From IMG/VR virus record IMGVR_UViG_3300012953_004257, positions 1 to 37,626 of that record: a stretch of DNA of 37,626 nt. One strand, given 5' to 3'. The notes under the pieces were generated by a model. That model was not told the origin of the DNA. It made no database searches and saw only the letters and a program-made list of their open reading frames with translations. Shown in pieces: positions 26,601-35,600 of the stretch. How positions within the stretch are numbered: the stretch's first letter is position 1; every line of letters begins with the position of its first letter. The stretch comes from a virus. Lineage: Duplodnaviria > Caudoviricetes. Both the position numbers and the translations under genes were made by a program.

Positions 26601-29600
26601 AGGAGAAGGTCCGACATTAACTGTTAAATTAGTAGTGCTAGAAGATACTATTGGAAGAGCAACATCTTTAGATGCAGGATCTGTTGAACGAGGATATGTC
26701 TTATTGGCAGTATTACTATCCATTGCACAAGTAAATGTTAGTGCATTATCCTTAATCTTAATTCTATCTTTCTCAACAGTAATTGCATTAGTTAAAGCAC
26801 TTACGAAAGTATGAGATGTTGTATTTGATGAAGTTCCAACATCAATTGTAAATGTATTTGCAGTCGCATTAGAAACTGTCAACCATTGACCTGCAACAGG
26901 GTCAGTAGAACGAGGATATGGATGATTTGTAGCATTACTATCTTCAGCGCATGTAAATGTAATACCACCAACTTTAATATTAATTCTCTTACCATTTGTC
27001 ACACCGTGACCAATCTTAGTAATAGTCAATATACCTGTTGAAGGATTATATGCAGCAGACTGAGGTGTAAATTGTCCACCATTAGTAAATGTGTTTCCAG
27101 TCACTGTCATTGACAATAGACCAGTTACAGCATCATATGTTGCGCCAGTTGGAGTGAAACGAGTTCCTAGAATAACAAGTTCTGGATATCTCTGTCTCAT
27201 TTGATATACAACTTCTTTCTTAATGAAATCAATGTTACCTTCAATATTATCTGCAGCGTTATAGTATCTGTGAGATTTGCCCGCAAATCCTGCAGGAGCA
27301 CCAGTCTTTCTAGAAGTTTCTAGAATTGCATCATTATTGAAGTATTCATCCTTAGTAAATGATTCACCACCAGACCAATCATCTGTATGCTGTTGTCCTT
27401 CAACACCATCAAAGTGGATGAGTAGTTTTGTATTTGAATCACCTTGGAAAATACCTGTAGGTGCAGTAAATGCTGCAGTATAACGAGCAGTTGTAGAAAC
27501 TCTAAACTCATCAATATATCCGATAAAGTGATTATTACCTGCAGTATCATCACCAATTCTAATTGGTTTATTTGTTCCATAGTTATTACTATCACTATAA
27601 GAACTACCATCTTGAACACCATTAACAAACATCTTAGTAACAGATCCTGATTTGCTAATAGCAACGTGTGTCCATTGATTTGCAACTATAGTTGCTGTTC
27701 CTTGAATTACTATAGCACCATTAACATAAAACTCAAGATTTGCAGCATCAAGATATAAGTAAGGAGAAAGTTCAGTAGCAGTAGTTCTGAAATCAAATAT
27801 AGATCTTGTTCCTGCAGAAACTGTAATAGGTCTAATCCAACACTCAACTGTAAATGCAGCAGTTCCAAATCCAAATTCATCAGAGGCCGCGACTGCAAAA
27901 CTTTCATCAAGAGGAACTATACCTACGTTAACTGTTATTGTAGTTGATGTAACTGCAGTGATACTTCGGTTAGAACCAGACGCAGGGTCTGTGGAACGAG
28001 GGTACGTTTTAGTAGAAGTATTACCATCTTGTGCACAGGTAAATCCAATACTATTATCAGCAATTAAGACTGTGTTACTTGTTGTTAGAGAGTGATTTCC
28101 AATTTCAATTACTAAATTACCTGTCAATCCATCATAGGTAGTTCCTGTAGCAGCAGTGAACGAACCAGTTGCACCTCCTCCTGCAGTGATGCCATCTGTA
28201 ACTCCACTCACAAAAGTATGTGCTTCATTACCAGGTGAAAGACCTAAACAAGCATCACCAAATTTCTGATTAGTTGCATTGAGATATGCATTAGTAAATG
28301 TGAATGTATGATAATCTCCACCATTTCTAAGAGATCTACCAATCTTACCAACGTATACAGTTTTTCTTGCTTGGTTTGCACCAATAACTTCTGCCTTTGT
28401 ATCACGAGTTCTAATAATTTGACCAGGAACAAATAGACCAGTTCCAACTGTATCCCTATAAGTAAGTCTACGAACTACAGCACCTTCACCTGCAGCAAAC
28501 TCACCATCATTGTTACCATACTCTAATTTGTAGTTACGGATAGTTTCATTTGATAAATCTCCTGAAGCAGTATCATATGGAATAACATAATTATTAATTT
28601 CCTCATTAGCAGGGAATTTAGTATTGTAATCAGTAAGATTATCTGTAAAGTCAACAATTCTTATTTGAGATGCTGCTATGTCATCAAGAACAACGTTAGG
28701 ATAAGTCTGAGATGTAATTCTGTTGAATAAAAGACCAAAGAAAGAAGATCCTTCAGATATATTAACCTGACTAATAAACTCTTGAGTTACAGGATCTTGA
28801 TATGTTGAAGTTGCTGTAATACGAGCAACAACACCAGACTGTGCACCAATAATAACTTCATTTAATTGAATATCATATAAACCAGGTTTAGACTGATATG
28901 TTCCAGTTGTCTTACTTAAAGTCAGTGAATTATTAACAGAAATCTGAGTTCCATATAAAGGAATATCTTCTTGTTGAGATACAGCAGTAGTTCCAGATTG
29001 TGCTCTAGTTACACCAAGAGTTGTAGATTCAGAACCTTGAGTAATAGTGTTAAGTAAGAAAATTTCAGAACCAAACTGATAGTTTTGACCAGTAGTAAAT
29101 GTTCCTGCAGGAACAACTGCATCTGCAACAGTATTATCAGTTTTATATGCAACTGCTTCAAAGGAAGTAGTAGAAGGTCCTATTGTATAACGTAATTGTG
29201 CTAACGGTGTTTCCTGACCTTTCTGTAAGTTAATTGATTCAACTTTAGCAACATCACCTTGGAAATCAGTAACTGTCTCACCGAAAGTAAATAGACCGAT
29301 GTTACTTACCGCTGTTACACCATTAGATGCAGCAACAGTAGAGGCAAACCCTGTTGCACCAACTGTTGCAAGTTCACTAGGAGTAAATGTAGTTCCTGTA
29401 GTGAAGAAACCAAATACATCATTTCCTACAACACTAGTAACAGTCAGACGATTTGCTGATGCTGTTCCAACCATTTCCATACCTGCAGTAGGGAAAATAC
29501 CACTAATATTATCGAATGAAACCTTAACAGTGCTAATTTGTTGAATAGTAACATTAACATACTTAATACTAGCAGGAGGTTGAGGAGGTTCATTGAAGAC

Positions 29601-32600
29601 TATTGAATCACCTTGAAGATTGAAAGATGATCCAGGATTCTGAACAACACCATTTAAAACAATCATTAACTGATTAGCATTAGCAACTAAAGTGCTTCCA
29701 TTAACTGTTAATGGGAATGCGATTCTCTCTCCATCAAATAGAGTAGAAATATCGTCAATACGTTGAACAACAGAAGTTAATATGTTTTCTGAAGAAGTAA
29801 GTCTTTTCTGACGGAAAAGAATTTCTGTATTATTAAATTCTGAGTAAACTGGTTCTACTAGAGCAAAACTTTGAATATTAGGAACTATTGCATCTCTAGC
29901 AAGTTCAACAGATTTAGTAAGTTGGAAATCAGTTTCTTTATTAGGAACGAATCCATAATCAGAAAGATTTAATTCACCAAATACTTTGAATGATGCAGGG
30001 TGTACGTTTTTAATAAGAATATCTTTCCATTCACCAATAGAAACAGCAGACTTAATAGCATAGGAGAAATCTTGATAATAGTAAGAGTCTTGAATCTTCT
30101 CGATAATTTCAGAAGGTTTTCCAACATCATCAATAAATTGACCTGTAGTTTTAGTAAGAGAACCTATCTCAAGAACACCTTTAGCAATATTCAAATCACT
30201 GATCGTACCAGAAGATTTAGAAATAACACCAGTTACTCTCTGTCCTGATATAAAGTCACCAGTATAATCTACAATTTTAAGAACTCTAGGTCCTATCTGC
30301 CAACCATTATTTGTAGAAACATAACCTTGTGCAGTTGCTGTTTCTAAAGTATCACCTTGATAAACAAGTTCACCCTCTAAGAAGGTAGATGTGATAACGT
30401 TTGCTGTAGCACCACCACCAAAAGATTCAGTAAGTAATTGTTGACGACCTGATCCTGCGTTAACATAAGAAATAGCATCTCCTAAAGTAGCATTTGCAGC
30501 AGTGATAGCGAGTTTTAACTGATCAGTTTCAAGAGAGTTTGCAGAACCTGTAATAGCAAAATAAGTTGTAGTTCCACTTAAACGACCAGTAGCACCTGCA
30601 GCAAGTGGATACTCTGCTCCATCTCCAGTATCAACAACATTTAATGTAACCTGAGAACCGTTAGCAATACCATGAGGGAATGCAAATTGTAGAAGACCTA
30701 AGTCAAGGTTTACAACATAGTTAAAAGAAGATCTAAGAGCAACTGTAGGAGTAGAAGAATAACCTGCACCTGGATCTTTTACGATTATTTGATCTAAACG
30801 TCCATTCTTAATTGTTGCTTCAGCAACAGCACCAGTTCCTCCACCACCAGTAATAACAACTGCAGGTGCCTGTGAATATCCAGAACCTGGATCGGTAACT
30901 GTGATACTGTCTAGAATACTGGTAGAAGTTAACTGAGCATTTATTGGGAATGTAATTTCAGGGCGTAGTGTATAATCATGAGGATAATCATAACCAAAGT
31001 TATTATTCTTAAGTTTCTTAATCTTACCAACTTTATCACCTTGAGTAAATATAGACGCACCAGTTCCAGTCGCAGGAATAACAACTACTAATTCTGCACC
31101 AGAACCAGTTAAACCAGATCCAAGAATACCACTAATTGATTCAATATCAATTGTTGCTGTAGTATAATTTTTACCAGGTGATGTGACATTAACCTTATTG
31201 ATTTGACCAGGAATAGTTACTCCTGCGTCATCTGTTCCATCGGCAACAATAATTTCTACAAATCCACCCTCTCCATCACCACCAATAGGAACACCAGTAT
31301 ATGTTCCAACAGCATATTCTGTGCCTGGTGTATTGATAGCAACTCTTTCAATTTGTCTAGTAGATTGAATACCAGTAACAACAGGTAATCTTGTATAGAA
31401 ACCACCAGGATTAACAATACGAATAGCACCAATAGAACCAACTGCCTTAATAGAACTGGTCATATAACTTGCTTGATTTATATCAGCAGCTGCCTCTGGT
31501 TCATTAATAAGAGGGAATTTAATTATATCAGCACCACGAGTAATTGTAGCACCTTGAATAGATTCAACTACGAACGTACCTGTATAGGGAGAGTTAGTAA
31601 CATCAAGATAACTTCCACTATCAACTGGAGAATCAGCACCAGTTCTAGAAGGATCAAAGTAATAAGAAATATTTGTAACAATACCAGTATCAATTTTAAA
31701 TTTTACAGTAGGATTGGGATTTCCTGCACCTGTAACACCTGGTATTCCAACACGTTCAATAGAGTTGAATGAATATTCTAATTTATTTAAGTTATCTTTA
31801 GAGAATGATAAGTTTCCACCTGCCATTGAGGAATGACTGACATCAAACAAATATTGATGTCCATAATACATTTTAAGAACTGGAGACTTAACATATACAC
31901 TAACATTAGCAGGAGTAGTTGCAGGAGCAGTTAATGCAGCAGTAGGAAGTTTATATACAAATTCTCTAGCACTTACAATTTGATCAACTGCAAATGCACC
32001 ATCATATTCATCATATGTTGTGGAACCAATAGTTTGAGTAGGGTTACCATCAATATAAAGCATATCACCTACAGATAGGTAATGATTTGTTCCAGTGATT
32101 ACATATACTTGATCACTATTTGTAACTGCAGTAACTTGTAAAATTTTAGTTAAGTTTGCAATTACAGTAATCTCTTCAACAGCTGTTAGATTAGTAATTT
32201 GTGCTGTAGAATATGCAGCGTTAAAACTAATATCAGAAGAAGTAATTGTAACTACAGATCCAACAATGAATGTTGAACCACTTGAAGATATCTTATCAAT
32301 TCTAATTGAATAATCAATATCACTATGAGGTTTGAATTTTGCAAAAGTATCAAGATTTCCTGTGCAAGTAGCAATAGTAAAGGTCGCATTAGCACCACCA
32401 CCAGTAATAGTAATTGTATCTCCAATTTTGTAACCAGAACCAGGAGTATCAATTGAAACAGAAGAAACATTACCACCTGATGCAACAAAGTCAACAGTCA
32501 ATCCTGTTCCAGATCCAGTCGTTGTTGTTGCAACATTATCACCAGTGTTAGCATAACCAGTTCCTGCTGCAGTCACTCCGCTTAGTGTTGCAGGAATATC

Positions 32601-35600
32601 TGCACGAGTTCCATCTAAATCAAAATGATCTAGATTTAAATCGAATGTGCCAGGTGTTGTATTAACTACATTTGCAAAATTATAACCTTGAATTTCATTA
32701 ACATCAGCAGGAATAGGACCTACAATACCATAAGTGGATTGCTCACTAAATTGTTCAGTTACTAACTGACCTGTATTTAAATCATCAGACCAAGAATTAT
32801 TATTAACAGAAAGATATATCTTATTGGTAGCAGTATCTTTAGAAATAATATAACCGCTATTGACAAATGTTCCAGAATTATTGTTTAATCTTAATTTAGT
32901 TCCTACAGTGAAGTTAAATGCCTGATTGATAGTAAGTGCTTGAATATTATCAATCTTAGATGTAGTAGTTGTTTTAAAATAATATCTGTCTCTAATAATA
33001 GCAGTAACTTTAAGTTTACGAGAACCTGGTGAAGGAACAGTTGCGGTTCTAGAACTCCAAATATCTTGCTTATATGTAAGTGATTCAGTTCCTGCACTCA
33101 TGCTAGTTGTAGAATCATCAAAGTCTAAATTTTGGAATCCTGCATCACCTAAAGCAAAACCAGTGCTAGTAACAGTCAGTGATACACCTGTTACTGGAGT
33201 AACACTAGTTCTGATGAATCCAACTTGAGTATTAGTTTGAACAGTTTGAGTTCCAATTCTTGCAGCATCAGCAGGTTTGTCAATCTTAAGACCCCAACCT
33301 TCATAATCAATATAATCATATTTTGCAAGATTAGTAGTGAACCATGCAGAATCAGTCCAAGTGTATGCAAAGGCAAATGCACCTGTAGTCGGGAATGCAG
33401 TAACATCACTAGGTACGCTAGGAGTGATTGCTCTATTTCTAAGTCTGAGATGATCAATAAAGTATTGACCTTGCTCATTCTTGCGGAATGAACCTGCTGT
33501 AGTGTCTCTACCAGTAATTTGACCAAAGAGAAGATCTTTACCGTTTAATGCTGTATTAGCAACACTTCCTGTAAATGCTTGAAGACCATTTACATATGCT
33601 GTAAATTGATTACCTTCTTTCTTAAGTCCAATATATTGCCAAGTATTATCAGCAAACATTGTAGTTAATGTAGACTGCAGTGCAGATCCTGCAGCATTTA
33701 TCTTAGTAGTATTATTTGTAACTACTAATTCTAGTTTTCCACTAGAAACATCATAGTATAACCAAAGACCACCTGTGGTGCCTTCAGCATCACCAATAGA
33801 AACTAATGTATGTTGTGTTTGAGATAATGTTTGAGAAGAACTTGCTTCTTTATAAAGTCCAAATTCAATAGTCCAATTCTCATTTAATTTAGTTCCTAAC
33901 TGAGCAGAAGTAATTTTAAGATGTGAATTTACCCAAGTAGCATTAGATCCTGCAGGATTGTAACCATAAATCTTAGCAACATTATCAGCATAAGTGATAG
34001 AGTTATTAGTTGATGTAGATGTTAAAGTATAATGACCAGTTGTATCAGCATTAGATCCAGATGTGAATGGGAAAATAAATTCATTTCTATTCCAAGAAGT
34101 TTGTCCATATAAATGGATATCACCAGAATTATCAACAGCAAGACTATTGACAGTAATACCTTCAATATTGTTAAGGTTAAATTGTTGTGTAGTATGATTC
34201 TTAATTACACCATCATATCCAATCTTAATACACTCTGCTGTACGCACTGAATCAGTTGTTGCAACTTTACTAATTGCTACGTTAAGATCACCAAATATAT
34301 CAATAACACACTTACTTGCTGCAGTAATTGATCCATCAGCAACTGCATATCTCTTATTATAAATTATATCTCCAGTTGTATTGAATTTACCTACCCAGAA
34401 ACCAGTTGTAGTTGTATTGTCAGACTTAAGTCTAGTTGTAGCAGTAATATACGCTTCATTAAACTCGTCCATTGCAAGACTTGTATTTAAGAAAGAATAA
34501 ATTGTGCTACTAATTTGTTTTATATAAGGAATTGTAATTACACTAGTTCCAACAGTTGCCTTACCAAAACCAACGTCAACTGCAGTTGCTGAAGTGCTAG
34601 ATGCTATTTCCATGGAGAAATACACATCAGTTCCATTAACTACAATGTCAGTAATTTTTTCAGAACTACTTGCTGATGTAAGTTTTCTCTTAATAGCAAA
34701 AGTTCCTGTTGTATCAACCAAAGCAATGAAAGCATCATATGGATTAGCAGAGTTAGTATTTGTATATCCACCAATAACAAATCTAGTATCAGAATACTTA
34801 GTAAGTGCAGTAATTTCATCTGCACGAGTGGATCCAGAAATACCAGCATATGCTTTCTGGAAATTAAGTGTTGCACTAAGACCATTCTCAGCTTCAACAT
34901 ACTTAACTAGAATAACATCTGGGTTATATGCATTTAAAATAGAAGAATTAGGATAATTTCTACCTGCAATCCAAATATTTTTATTATCAACATATATTTT
35001 TAAGAATTCTGCATCATCTAAACCACCAGATAGTTCTAAAGTTGCTTCCCATTCTTTTACACCAGTTGCAGAAAGTTTTGCAACAAAAGCAACTAAATTG
35101 TTAGCTGTATCGTGGGTTTTACCACAAATATACGCTTCCTTATTATCATTTACAAAAACATCATTTACTGATACATAATTTTCATTTTCAATTACAGAAA
35201 CATAATAATCTGCCTTTTTGAATACTTGAGGATGTGATAAAATAACCCTAGGATTAGAAGTATAACCAGATCCAGAATTTATGATATTAACAGTATCAAT
35301 AGAACCTACAGAGGTCACAACTGCTTGAAGTTCACCGTCAGTTCCATTTCCATCGATTATAATTGATGGGGGAATATCAGTGTTGTAACCAGATCCAGTT
35401 TGATCAATTTGAATCTCTTCAATACCTTTGTATTGACGTACGACATAAGACTTATTAGTATTGTCCATTACAGGAGTGTAATCAACAAATACAGTATCTC
35501 CTGCGATTAAATTATGTGGATTAGTAGTTTTAAGAAGACCATAATTTACACCACTAGTATTTTCAAAACCGTAAGTTAATATTGATTCACCTTTAATTCT

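Noticed and set aside
25295-28220. CRISPR array, intein or intron explanation for the repeats and inserts
   Set aside because: The repeats are in-frame and conserved at protein level with synonymous divergence. There are no identical DNA direct repeats with spacers, no C…HN-C/S/T intein ends, no LAGLIDADG/HNH motifs and no frame interruption.
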